Shown piece after piece: positions 16,405 to 24,658 of a stretch of DNA of 64,000 nucleotides. How positions within the stretch are numbered: the stretch's first letter is position 1; each line of letters opens with the position of its first letter. The DNA lies in contig JAEZST010000018.1 of assembly GCA_023443865.1 (NCBI GenBank), positions 77,214 through 141,213 on the forward strand. The letters are read 5' to 3'. The DNA is from Spirochaetota bacterium. Its GTDB lineage: Bacteria; Spirochaetota; Spirochaetia; Treponematales; Treponemataceae. Under the pieces are notes generated by a model, which saw only the letters and a list, made by a program, of their open reading frames with translations, searched no databases and was not told the DNA's origin. Both the position numbers and the translations under genes were made by a program.

Positions 16405-17318
16405 AGGAAATCGCGATAATAAGCGGAAAGGGCGGCACGGGAAAGACCAGTCTCACGGCCGCCTTCGCGACGCTGGCGGCCCGGCGCGGAAACGCGGTCC
16501 TGGCCGACTGCGACGTGGACGCCGCGGACCTGCGCCTCGTTCTTTCGCCCGAGATTCTCGAACGCCGCGAGTTTGTTTCCGGACGCGTCGCCCGCGTGGA
16601 TCCCGAACGGTGTATATCCTCGGGAGAGGATTCAAGCTGCTCGAAGTGCGTGGAGCTCTGCCGGTTCGACGCGATACGGCGCTCCGGCGATTCGGGCATA
16701 GAGATCGACGGGGGCTCGTGCGAGGGCTGCGGCGTATGCGTTCGGTTTTGCCCCGCAAAGGCGATCGAGTTCGTACCCCGGCGATGCGGCGAATGGTACG
16801 TTTCCGAGACGCGGTTCGGCCCGCTCGCCCACGCGGCGCTCGACGCGCGCGCGGAGAACTCGGGCAAGCTCGTAACGGCCGTCCGCAAGGAAGCGAAACG
16901 GCTCGCGGGCGAAACGAAGGCCGACTGGATCATCGTGGACGGGTCTCCCGGCACTGGCTGCCCGGTCATCGCCTCGATCACCGGCGCCGACGAGGCGCTG
17001 ATCGTGACCGAGCCCACGATGTCCGGACACCATGACCTTGAGCGCGTCGCGGGCCTCGCGCGGCATTTCTCGATCCCGTTTTCGGTCGTCGTGAACAAGG
17101 CCGACATCAACCGGGCCATGGCAGACGAAACGGAGGCCTGGTGCGCGCGGAACGGGGTGCCGTTTCTCGGGAAGGTCCCGTACGACCGCGCCGTGACGAG
17201 GGCCCAGATCGAGGGAAAGAGCGTGATCGAGTATTGCGAAAGCGGCGGAAGCTGCGGGCAAAACATACCGTCGATAGTCGGCGGAATATGGGAGAAGATA
17301 TGTCAATCGAAACGGTAA
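16401..17318 (+). CDS. Second MinD/ParA-type P-loop ATPase with a 4Fe-4S ferredoxin insertion, paralogous to the previous gene.
   Basis: MKEIAIISGKGGTGKTS Walker A. Cys clusters CSKCVELC and CEGCGVCVRFCP. The start is the ATG at 16401 inside the track ORF 16203..17318, with ATGA overlap to the upstream stop. Confidence 0.8.
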   Translation: MKEIAIISGKGGTGKTSLTAAFATLAARRGNAVLADCDVDAADLRLVLSPEILERREFVSGRVARVDPERCISSGEDSSCSKCVELCRFDAIRRSGDSGIEIDGGSCEGCGVCVRFCPAKAIEFVPRRCGEWYVSETRFGPLAHAALDARAENSGKLVTAVRKEAKRLAGETKADWIIVDGSPGTGCPVIASITGADEALIVTEPTMSGHHDLERVAGLARHFSIPFSVVVNKADINRAMADETEAWCARNGVPFLGKVPYDRAVTRAQIEGKSVIEYCESGGSCGQNIPSIVGGIWEKICQSKR

Positions 17319-18079
17319 AGATGGACGGCGTGGCGAAGAAGTATATCGTCATGTCGGGAAAGGGCGGCGTCGGGAAAAGCACGGTCGCGGTGAACCTCGC
17401 CGCGAGTCTCGCCCTGCGGGGCAAGCGGGTCGGGCTCCTCGACGTGGACATTCACGGACCGAGCGTGCCGACCATGCTCGGGCTCGAGGGAAACCGGCTC
17501 GGTGCGATCGGCGGGAAGATGCTGCCCGTCGGGATCCCGGAACTCGGCAACTTGAAGGTGATGTCGATCGGCTTCATGCTCCAATCGCCCGACGCCCCGG
17601 TAATCTGGCGCGGCCCGATGAAGAACGGCGTGATCAAGCAATTCCTGGAAGATGTCGAATGGGGCGAGCTCGATTGCCTCGTCGTCGATTGCCCTCCCGG
17701 GACGGGAGACGAGCCGATGTCGGTCATTCAGCTCCTCGGTAACGCTGACGGGGCGATCGTCGTCACGACGCCTCAAAAAGTCGCGGCGATCGACGTGAGC
17801 AAGTCCGTCAATTTCTGCAAGCAGCTTGGCCTCCCGGTCGCCGGCGTCGTCGAGAACATGTCCGGCTTCGTGTGTCCCGAATGCGGGAAGATTACCTATG
17901 TCTTCAAGCGGGGGGGCGGCAGGCGGCTCGCTGAGGAATACGGCGTGCCGTTTCTCGGCTCCCTGCCGCTCGATCCCGCCATCGGGGAGGCCGGCGATTC
18001 CGGCGTTCCCTACGTTTTGAAGTTCAAGGAGTCGCCGGCGAGCGACGTATATAACGAGATTACAAGGAGCCTTTTATGA
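17300..18079 (+). CDS. Mrp/NBP35/ApbC-family Fe-S cluster carrier ATPase.
   Basis: VMSGKGGVGKSTVAVNLA Walker A, conserved CPECG motif, about 259 aa. The start is placed at ATG 17300 (MSIETVK) with the RBS GGGAGAAG. The upstream part of the track ORF is an Arg-rich artefact. The stop overlaps the next gene. Confidence 0.85.
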   Translation: MSIETVKMDGVAKKYIVMSGKGGVGKSTVAVNLAASLALRGKRVGLLDVDIHGPSVPTMLGLEGNRLGAIGGKMLPVGIPELGNLKVMSIGFMLQSPDAPVIWRGPMKNGVIKQFLEDVEWGELDCLVVDCPPGTGDEPMSVIQLLGNADGAIVVTTPQKVAAIDVSKSVNFCKQLGLPVAGVVENMSGFVCPECGKITYVFKRGGGRRLAEEYGVPFLGSLPLDPAIGEAGDSGVPYVLKFKESPASDVYNEITRSLL

Positions 18080-18417
18080 TGAAGATCGCGGTACCCGTAG
18101 CGGAAGGGCGGCTGACCCAGCATTTCGGCCATTGCGCGGGGTTCGATTCCTTCGACGTCGCCGAGGACGGAAAGACCGTCGTCAATAAGGATTACATCGC
18201 CGCCCCGCCCCACGAGCCGGGCCTCTTGCCGAAATTCCTCGGCGAAAAGGGCGTGACCCATATCGTCGCGGGGGGAATGGGGAGCCGGGCGCGCGACCTC
18301 TTTACCGAGCGGGGAATCGCCGTGTGCGTCGGCGCGCCCGCAGAGAAAACCGAGAAAATCGTCGCGGACTTTCTCGCCGGGACCTTGATTACCGGCGTTA
18401 ACGGATGCGACCATTGA
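18076..18417 (+). CDS. NifX/NafY-like dinitrogenase FeMo-cofactor-family protein, copy 3.
   Basis: 113 aa. MMKIAVPVAEGRLTQHFGHCAGFDSFDV... with ...THIVAGGMGSRA..., typical of the family. Confidence 0.8.
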   Translation: MMKIAVPVAEGRLTQHFGHCAGFDSFDVAEDGKTVVNKDYIAAPPHEPGLLPKFLGEKGVTHIVAGGMGSRARDLFTERGIAVCVGAPAEKTEKIVADFLAGTLITGVNGCDH

Positions 18418-18751
18418 CGCCGTGAAAGAAGCGGGAACCGGCGCGATGGCCTTTAGCGTGCGAACCCCCTTGCGCCGTCGTCGTTTTTCCGTTACCGTAT
18501 CGCCATGAACGCCGTATTTACCGCGAAAAAGTATTATTACCGCTATTACGCTTCGACCTCATCGGAGGCGTCGCGAAGGAGTAGCGGTGTTCGTATGCCG
18601 CGAGGCCCGCGGCCGGATTCCCCTGAGGGGGAGCCGGTCGCGGGCCTTTCGCGTTTTAAAGCGCCCGCGTCCCCATCTTCCCCCTTCACGGCGAACCCGG
18701 TTTCGCGGGTCACCCGGGCTCGCGTCGCGGCGCGAAATAAAAGGAGGAATA

Positions 18752-19996
18752 ATGGACGCGAAAAAAGAGGCGGAGCGCCAATTGGCGCTTCTGGAGCGGG
18801 GGTGCGAGGAAATCGTGCCCCGGGAGGGCTTACTCGCGAAACTCGAGCGGAGCGCGATAACGGGAATACCGTTACGGGTCAAGCTCGGTATCGATCCCAC
18901 GTCGAAGAACGTGCACCTGGGGCACATGGTGCCGTACGGAAAGCTCAGGCAGTTTCAAGACCTGGGGCACGTCGCGGTATTGGTCATCGGAGACTACACG
19001 GCCTCGATCGGCGATCCCTCGGGACGGAACGCCGAGCGGCCGCCCCTCTCCCTGGAAGCGGTGCGCGAAAACGCGGAAACCTACGCGGAGCAGATCTTCC
19101 GGGTGGTCGACCGGAACCGCGCGGAGCTTCGCCGGCAAAGCGAATGGTACGGCGCCTTGAGCCTCGCCGAGACACTTTCGCTCGCGGGGTCTTTTAGCCT
19201 CGCCCACATGCTTTCCCACGAGACCTTCCGCCAGCGCTACGAGGGCGGCGCGCGCGTGGGCGTCCACGAGCTTCTCTACCCGATACTCCAATCCTACGAC
19301 TCGGTGGCGATCGGCGCGGACGTAGAGATCGGAGGCACCGATCAGAAGTTCAACATCCTTTCCGGCCGGGACCTCATGCGGGACCGCGGCATGGAAAGCC
19401 AGTGCGCCCTGCTCGTGCCCCTCTTAAACGGGCTCGACGGCCGTAAAATGTCCAAGTCCCTGGGAAACGACATACCCGTCGCCTGCGAAGCGGAAGAGCA
19501 ATTCGCCCGCCTCATGTCCATCGCCGATTCTCAAATCGACCAGTACCTCGCCCTGGTCCTTCTCGAGTCGCCGGAAGCTCGGAAAGAAGCGGCGGAAAGG
19601 ATACTGGGCGGAGAAAACCCCCGTGACCTCAAACTCGGCCTCGCGACCCGGATCGTGGAAAAGCTGAACGGGACGGAACGCGCCATTCGCGCGCGGGCCG
19701 CCTGGGAGAGCCGGTTTTCACGGGGCGAGGAACCGGAGTCTATGCCGACCCTTACGCTTCGGACCGGCATGGATATTCCCGGCGCCCTCCGCGCGGGCGG
19801 CCTCGTTTCTTCCACGAGCGAGGCGCGGCGGCTCATTCGGGAAGGGGCTGTATTCGCGGGAACGGAACGCGTGTCCGAATCCCGCCTATCCCTCGCCGCG
19901 GCCACGGTCCCCGCGGAAGGGCTCGTGTTGCGCATCGGCCGCCGGCGCTACCTCAGGATCGTGCGGGAAACGGAGGCGACCCGAGGGAGAGCGTGA
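18752..19996 (+). CDS. tyrS: Tyrosyl-tRNA synthetase.
   Basis: Class I HIGH motif (KNVHLGH) and KMSKS (RKMSKS). C-terminal S4-like domain. The start is placed at ATG 18752 with AAGGAGG 4 nt upstream. The track ORF extends upstream through a non-coding leader. Confidence 0.9.
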   Translation: MDAKKEAERQLALLERGCEEIVPREGLLAKLERSAITGIPLRVKLGIDPTSKNVHLGHMVPYGKLRQFQDLGHVAVLVIGDYTASIGDPSGRNAERPPLSLEAVRENAETYAEQIFRVVDRNRAELRRQSEWYGALSLAETLSLAGSFSLAHMLSHETFRQRYEGGARVGVHELLYPILQSYDSVAIGADVEIGGTDQKFNILSGRDLMRDRGMESQCALLVPLLNGLDGRKMSKSLGNDIPVACEAEEQFARLMSIADSQIDQYLALVLLESPEARKEAAERILGGENPRDLKLGLATRIVEKLNGTERAIRARAAWESRFSRGEEPESMPTLTLRTGMDIPGALRAGGLVSSTSEARRLIREGAVFAGTERVSESRLSLAAATVPAEGLVLRIGRRRYLRIVRETEATRGRA

Positions 19997-20037
19997 GGGA
20001 AGCCGGAGAAGGGCGTGCCCCGGCGCGGGCGCCGGGT

Positions 20038-20107
20038 CGGGCTTTCCGCTGCAAGCCCGGCCTGGCGGCCAAGCCCGGCTTCCGCCGGGCGGGGCTTTCC
20101 GCTGCAA
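20038..20107. repeat. Two 16-bp direct repeats (GGGCTTTCCGCTGCAA) flank the hairpin GCCCGGC-TTCC-GCCGGGC, between the convergent tyrS and aldo/keto reductase genes. Probably a bidirectional terminator region.
   Basis: Repeats and inverted repeat read directly. The location is between convergent stop codons (19996 and 20120). Confidence 0.4.
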
Positions 20108-20119
20108 TCCCTCACGCGT

Positions 20120-21118
20120 TCAGTCCAGCGGGGCGTCCAGGACCGCGAGGAGCTCTTCCGGCAGCCGCAATTCGGCCGCCGCGAGGTCTTCGGCCAGGTG
20201 CTCCATCTTGCTGACCGCGACCAGGGGAACGACCGCGGGCGCGCGGGAAAGCATCCAGGCATAGATTACCTGGTTGACCGTCCAACCGGTTTCCCCGGCG
20301 ACCCGTTCCAGGCGAAGCCGCCGTTCGGCGTTTTGCGGCCGCTCAAAGTGCTTGAGCCTGGGAATTTCGGCGTATTTCTCGGGCCTCGTGTACGAGCCCC
20401 AGAGAAGGGGGGTATACCCGAACAGGGTCATCGTTTGCGAGCCCGCGTAATCGAAGAGCTCCTCGCCCATTTGGTCGAATATACCGGTATTGGCGAACTT
20501 CTCGCTTTGGAAGTAGGTATCGAAGCCCTGATAGGCACGGTAGGCGGCGAAGCCCCTTTGCCGGCTGATTTCCCGCGACCGCGCGATCCGCCACACCTTG
20601 AAGTTCGAGCAGCCGACGTGCCGGACCTTTCCGGAACGCACCACCGCGTCGAAGGCCGCAAGGGTTTCTTCCTGATCGGTTCTGCGGTCGTCTACGTGGG
20701 CGTACAAGAGGTCGATGCGGTCGGTTTTGAGCCTCGTCAGGCTTTCGTCCACGGACGCGGCGATGGTTTTCGCCGAAAGCCCCTGGGTTTTATCCTGCCA
20801 GGGGTCGCCCTTATAGGCGAAAAATTCGGCGCGGCTCACCGTCGGGAAGGCGCCCAGCTTCGTCGCCAGGAAGAACCGGTCGCGGTTGCCCCGGGCGGTA
20901 AACCATTCCCCGAGAACGCTCTCGCTTTCGCCTCCCCGGCATCCCTCTTCCCAAAAGGAATAGTTATTGGCCGTATCGAGGACGGTCCCCCCTTCCTCGG
21001 CGAAACGGTCCAGAAGCGCGAAGGAAGAAGGGCGGTCCAGCTTCGAGCCGAAGGGCAGGCAGCCTAGCCCCATGGCGCTGATTTTCTCGTCGGTATCCGC
21101 GAATTGAATCATGTTCAT
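20120..21118 (-). CDS. Aldo/keto reductase family oxidoreductase.
   Basis: AKR fold signatures (GLGCLPFG, DTANNYS). The start is placed at ATG 21118 (MNMIQF), preceded by GAGGAGG. The track start at 21148 adds an unlikely extension. Confidence 0.8.
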   Translation of the reverse strand: MNMIQFADTDEKISAMGLGCLPFGSKLDRPSSFALLDRFAEEGGTVLDTANNYSFWEEGCRGGESESVLGEWFTARGNRDRFFLATKLGAFPTVSRAEFFAYKGDPWQDKTQGLSAKTIAASVDESLTRLKTDRIDLLYAHVDDRRTDQEETLAAFDAVVRSGKVRHVGCSNFKVWRIARSREISRQRGFAAYRAYQGFDTYFQSEKFANTGIFDQMGEELFDYAGSQTMTLFGYTPLLWGSYTRPEKYAEIPRLKHFERPQNAERRLRLERVAGETGWTVNQVIYAWMLSRAPAVVPLVAVSKMEHLAEDLAAAELRLPEELLAVLDAPLD

Positions 21119-21157
21119 ACGATTGCCTCCTCGTGTTGTCCCTATCATAGGCGGACT

Positions 21158-21206
21158 AAGTGGTACGCGATAGCGCCACTTTTCTCCAAGTTTTACGAAC
21201 CACTTG
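21158..21206. promoter_or_regulatory. Candidate MocR/GabR-type operator. AAGTGG-N12-CCACTT is an inverted repeat, and a further CCACTT lies 25 bp downstream, all in the divergent AKR/MocR intergenic region.
   Basis: Hexamer repeats read directly at ~21158, ~21176 and ~21201. MocR regulators typically bind direct or inverted hexamer repeats spaced by 2-3 helical turns. Confidence 0.3.
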
Positions 21207-21239
21207 AAGGCATCCCGTCCCCAAGGCTAGAATGGTTCC

Positions 21240-22697
21240 ATGTACGGAATACGGTTCGATCCCGCTTCTCCCTTAAGCCAATACCGCCAGTTGGTGGATG
21301 GCCTTCGGTCCCTTATCCTGGACGGCGCGCTCTCGGGCGACGCGAAACTGGCCTCTACCCGCGAGCTCGCCGCGTCGCTGAAAATCGCCCGTGCGGTCGT
21401 GCTCGAGGCGGTGGATCAACTGAAAATGGAAGGCTATCTCTTTACCAAGCGAGGATCCGGGACCTACGTTTGCCCGAACCTTCGGTTTCGCGCCGAGACC
21501 GCCCCGGGCCCGCTATCCCGCGCGTCCCGCCCCGACGCCGATCCGCGCGGAACGGCCCCGGCTTCGGAAAGCCCCCTTTCCTTCGCGCCGGGACTCCCCG
21601 ACGTGGGCCTATTCCCCCGACGGGCCTGGCTTTCCTGCTACCGCGAGGCGGTGGAGTACGCCGCCGATACGGATCTGGGTTACGCGCCGCCCTCGGGCCG
21701 GTGGGACCTTCGGGTCGCGATAGCCTCGTACCTTTTGGCCGCCAAGGGCATCAGGACCGGTCCCGAGCGGATTATCGTTACCGCCGGTTCGTCCCAGGCC
21801 TTCGCCATGCTCGCGCAGATCGTCCCGAACCCCCGCATCGCCATGGAAAACCCGCGCGCGCCCTTCGTCTTCAGGGTTTTTGACGGGCTTGGCGCGACGA
21901 TTACGGATTGCCCGGTAGACGAAGGCGGCATCGTATGCGATCTCTTGCCGACGGAACCCCCGCAGTACCTGTACGTAACGCCGAACCATCAGTTTCCCCT
22001 GGGGGGAACCCTGTCGGCGGCGCGGCGCGTCGCCCTGTTGGAATACGCGCGTCGTACCGGGGCCTGGATCGTGGAAGACGATTTTGACAGCGAATACCGG
22101 TACTCCGGGAATCCCGTGACGCCCCTCGCGGCCATGGACGCGTCCCGGGTCGCGTACGTGGGGAGTTTTAGCAAAACCTTAAGCCCGGCGCTTCGCCTGG
22201 GCTTCATGGCGCTTCCCCCCGGGCTGAGCGCGGGCGTGAAAACCCTCAAGCGCCGCTGGGATTTATGGAATGAGGGGTTTCAGCAAAAGGCCCTCGCGCT
22301 CTTCATCGCCCGGGGCCAGCTCGAGCGCCACGTGCGCCACTGCCGGTCGGTGTACGCGGGAAGAAACGCCTTCACCCTGGCTTTGGCCTCGAAATACCTG
22401 TCGCCCCGCTGGACCGTCTTCGGTTCCACCACGGGCATGCACCTTTCCCTGCGCCGATCCCCGGACAGCGGGGCCGGCGCGCGGGACCTCACCCCCCTGG
22501 TGCGGCTCGTCCGGGGCAGGGGCTTCGTCGTCGAGCTGGCTTCCGATTACTATCGCCCGGCCGGGCCTGCCGATTCTCGATTTCGCGACATCCTGCTCGT
22601 CGGCTACGGAAACCGGGGCGAGGGAGAGCTCGAGGCGCTATTCGCCTCGATCGCCGAGTGCGACGCCGCGCTTTCCGGGCGATCCCCCTCCCGGTAA
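21240..22697 (+). CDS. MocR/GabR-family transcriptional regulator: GntR-type winged HTH fused to a PLP-dependent aminotransferase-like domain.
   Basis: N-terminal GntR HTH (STRELAASLKIARAVVLEAVDQLKMEGYLFTKRGSGTYV), then a ~400-aa fold-type I aminotransferase domain with a conserved Lys region (SFSKTLSPALRLG). Confidence 0.8.
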   Translation: MYGIRFDPASPLSQYRQLVDGLRSLILDGALSGDAKLASTRELAASLKIARAVVLEAVDQLKMEGYLFTKRGSGTYVCPNLRFRAETAPGPLSRASRPDADPRGTAPASESPLSFAPGLPDVGLFPRRAWLSCYREAVEYAADTDLGYAPPSGRWDLRVAIASYLLAAKGIRTGPERIIVTAGSSQAFAMLAQIVPNPRIAMENPRAPFVFRVFDGLGATITDCPVDEGGIVCDLLPTEPPQYLYVTPNHQFPLGGTLSAARRVALLEYARRTGAWIVEDDFDSEYRYSGNPVTPLAAMDASRVAYVGSFSKTLSPALRLGFMALPPGLSAGVKTLKRRWDLWNEGFQQKALALFIARGQLERHVRHCRSVYAGRNAFTLALASKYLSPRWTVFGSTTGMHLSLRRSPDSGAGARDLTPLVRLVRGRGFVVELASDYYRPAGPADSRFRDILLVGYGNRGEGELEALFASIAECDAALSGRSPSR

Positions 22698-22955
22698 GGC
22701 GGCCGGGTCAGCGCAGGGCGCGGGAAACCTCCCGCAAGAGCTCGCCGTTCATGCCGTGGCCGTATTCCCGCGTCATCACGCCTCCGTTCGCTAGCGCGAC
22801 GCCGCCGCGGTCAGTATCGCGCATTCCGGCAACCCTGGGTTGCGATTTTTGGTATATTTTGTTGGTGGCGCGGGTACGGTAAAGCGGCGAATATGTACGG
22901 AAAGAAACAAGCGGAAAGCCGTTCGGCTTCGCCGTATCGAACAAGGAGTCTCGCA

Positions 22956-23666
22956 ATGAATATCGGATCGTGTATCGCGGCGCTGAGAAAGGACCGGGGC
23001 CTTTCCCAGGAGGCCCTCGCGGAAAGCGTCGGCGTGAGCCGGCAGGCCGTTACCAAATGGGAAGCGGGTGAATCCCAGCCAGACCTGGAAAACCTGATCG
23101 CCCTTGCCTCGTTCTTCGGGGTAACCGTGGATAGCCTTATTCGCGCCGATTCCTGCGGCGCCGCGCCGTCCGGGGCGCCCTTTCCCGGCCGCGGGTTTCC
23201 CGGACTCGCGGCCGGCGGCCTGGACTCGCTGTCGTTCGGCGAAATCCTGCGTCGGGCAAAGCGCGCGACCTACGCGGGCAAGGGCGCCGAAACCGCTTCC
23301 TCCCGGCCGTCCTCCCACGACCTTGCCTATCGGGAAGGCGATTTCTACTATTATGACACCTATTTCGGCGGCGAGGCCTTCGTCGGGGAAGAGGCGGTCT
23401 GGATCCGCGATACGCCCGCGTGGTCCATGAACTACGCCGGACGGGTTCTGGTATCCGGCCTTTTCCCCTCCGATTTCTTGAAGGAGGCCCTGTGCGCCGT
23501 GCCTCCCGACCTGCCGTTCCGGGGGCCGCGGGTGTTCGAGCGGGGGGATTTTGCCTACCACTGCATGGTTTCGGGCGACCTTTCGTGGTTTCAAGGCGGC
23601 GAGGAAATTCTCGTACGGGGCGTGAAAACCTATGAGTGCGTGTTCCATGGAGGCGCGGTGCATTAA
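22956..23666 (+). CDS. XRE-family HTH transcriptional regulator with a C-terminal domain of unknown function.
   Basis: Cro/C1-type HTH (LRKDRGLSQEALAESVGVSRQAVTKWEAGESQPDLENLIALASFFGV). The start is placed at ATG 22956 (MNIGSC). The antisense 303-aa ORF 22791..23702 is regarded as an artefact. Confidence 0.6.
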   Translation: MNIGSCIAALRKDRGLSQEALAESVGVSRQAVTKWEAGESQPDLENLIALASFFGVTVDSLIRADSCGAAPSGAPFPGRGFPGLAAGGLDSLSFGEILRRAKRATYAGKGAETASSRPSSHDLAYREGDFYYYDTYFGGEAFVGEEAVWIRDTPAWSMNYAGRVLVSGLFPSDFLKEALCAVPPDLPFRGPRVFERGDFAYHCMVSGDLSWFQGGEEILVRGVKTYECVFHGGAVH

Positions 23667-23787
23667 TTCCATTATCTCCATTTGACATATTTTAACGCGC
23701 AAACTATACTCCCGGAAGGACGGTATTCCGGTCCGGCTCTTTGTCGCTTTTTTATTTTATTTGATCGTATATCGGGAGGTTGAATAT

Positions 23788-24639
23788 ATGAGAAAAATCA
23801 GTATCGTTCCGGCAACGTTGGCCCTCGCCGCGTCGCTTATATCCTGCGCTACCGTAAAGCCCTCGGAATCCGTCGCCGAGGCCGTCCAAACCCCGCCCGC
23901 CCCCGAACCGGTAACGGTTTCGGTTCCGTACTGGGCGCTTAACCGGGTAGAAACCGCCTATCCCGACGGGGTTATCTCCGCGGTGGAAGAATTTACGCTC
24001 GACGATACCGGTCGCGTTCTCGCGGATACGCTCTACGACGGGAAGGGCGCGGTCGTGAGCGTGAAGGCGTATTCCTGGGCCGGGGATACGGCGAGCGTAA
24101 CCATGTCCGATTCTTCCGGCGCCCTGTCGGGCAAGGGCGTGCAGGAGTGGGCGAACGGGCTTTTACTGAAGGAAACCCGCCTAACGCCGAAGGACGAGAT
24201 CCAATCCACCGAGGTATACGAATACGACGCCGCGGGGAATAAAACCCATTATTCCGTGCAAACCGCGAAGGGAAGCTCCGTAACTACCGATTATTATTGG
24301 ACCGACGGCCTTTTGACCGGCATTTCCGTCAAGGACGCCACGGGAGCGGAAATCAAGAAATTCGTCCGCTCGTACGACGCTTCCGGCCTTCCGCTCTCGG
24401 AAAAGGAGTATGACGCGAAGGGAACCCTCGTTCGCTCGATCGCCTATACGAGCGAGAACGGTTTCGTGACGGGCGAAGAGGTACGCAACGGCACCGGGGG
24501 CATGGTTTCGGCCATACGGTACGAAAACGACGAAAACGGCAATCCCGTGACGGTCAGTTTCCTTGACCGCGCCGGACGCCTGATCGAAACGAGAAAACAG
24601 GCGTGGACGGGTTATACCAAGCTCGTGCGCCAGAAGTGA
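23788..24639 (+). CDS. Putative lipoprotein, hypothetical.
   Basis: Signal peptide with a lipobox-like LISC (MRKISIVPATLALAASLISCAT). RBS GGGAGG upstream of ATG 23788. Repetitive Tyr/Asp-rich beta-type sequence. Confidence 0.5.
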   Translation: MRKISIVPATLALAASLISCATVKPSESVAEAVQTPPAPEPVTVSVPYWALNRVETAYPDGVISAVEEFTLDDTGRVLADTLYDGKGAVVSVKAYSWAGDTASVTMSDSSGALSGKGVQEWANGLLLKETRLTPKDEIQSTEVYEYDAAGNKTHYSVQTAKGSSVTTDYYWTDGLLTGISVKDATGAEIKKFVRSYDASGLPLSEKEYDAKGTLVRSIAYTSENGFVTGEEVRNGTGGMVSAIRYENDENGNPVTVSFLDRAGRLIETRKQAWTGYTKLVRQK

Positions 24640-24658
24640 TAGATAGGGTAGGGAGAAC

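Noticed and set aside
14743-18417. Interpretation of the NifX-like genes as a nitrogen-fixation (nif) accessory operon.
   Set aside because: No nifH/D/K/E/N/B or nifV/S/U genes occur anywhere in the 64-kb window, and the partner genes (MinD-Fer4, Mrp, DUF5320) are not nif genes. The NifX fold is used here outside nitrogenase.
21156-21172. ACTAAGTGGTACGCGATAG upstream of the MocR gene, resembling the T-box sequence (AATTAGGGTGGTACCGCG).
   Set aside because: The downstream gene is a regulator, not an aaRS or amino-acid gene. There is no stem I, specifier or antiterminator context. More parsimoniously it is part of an AAGTGG/CCACTT operator.
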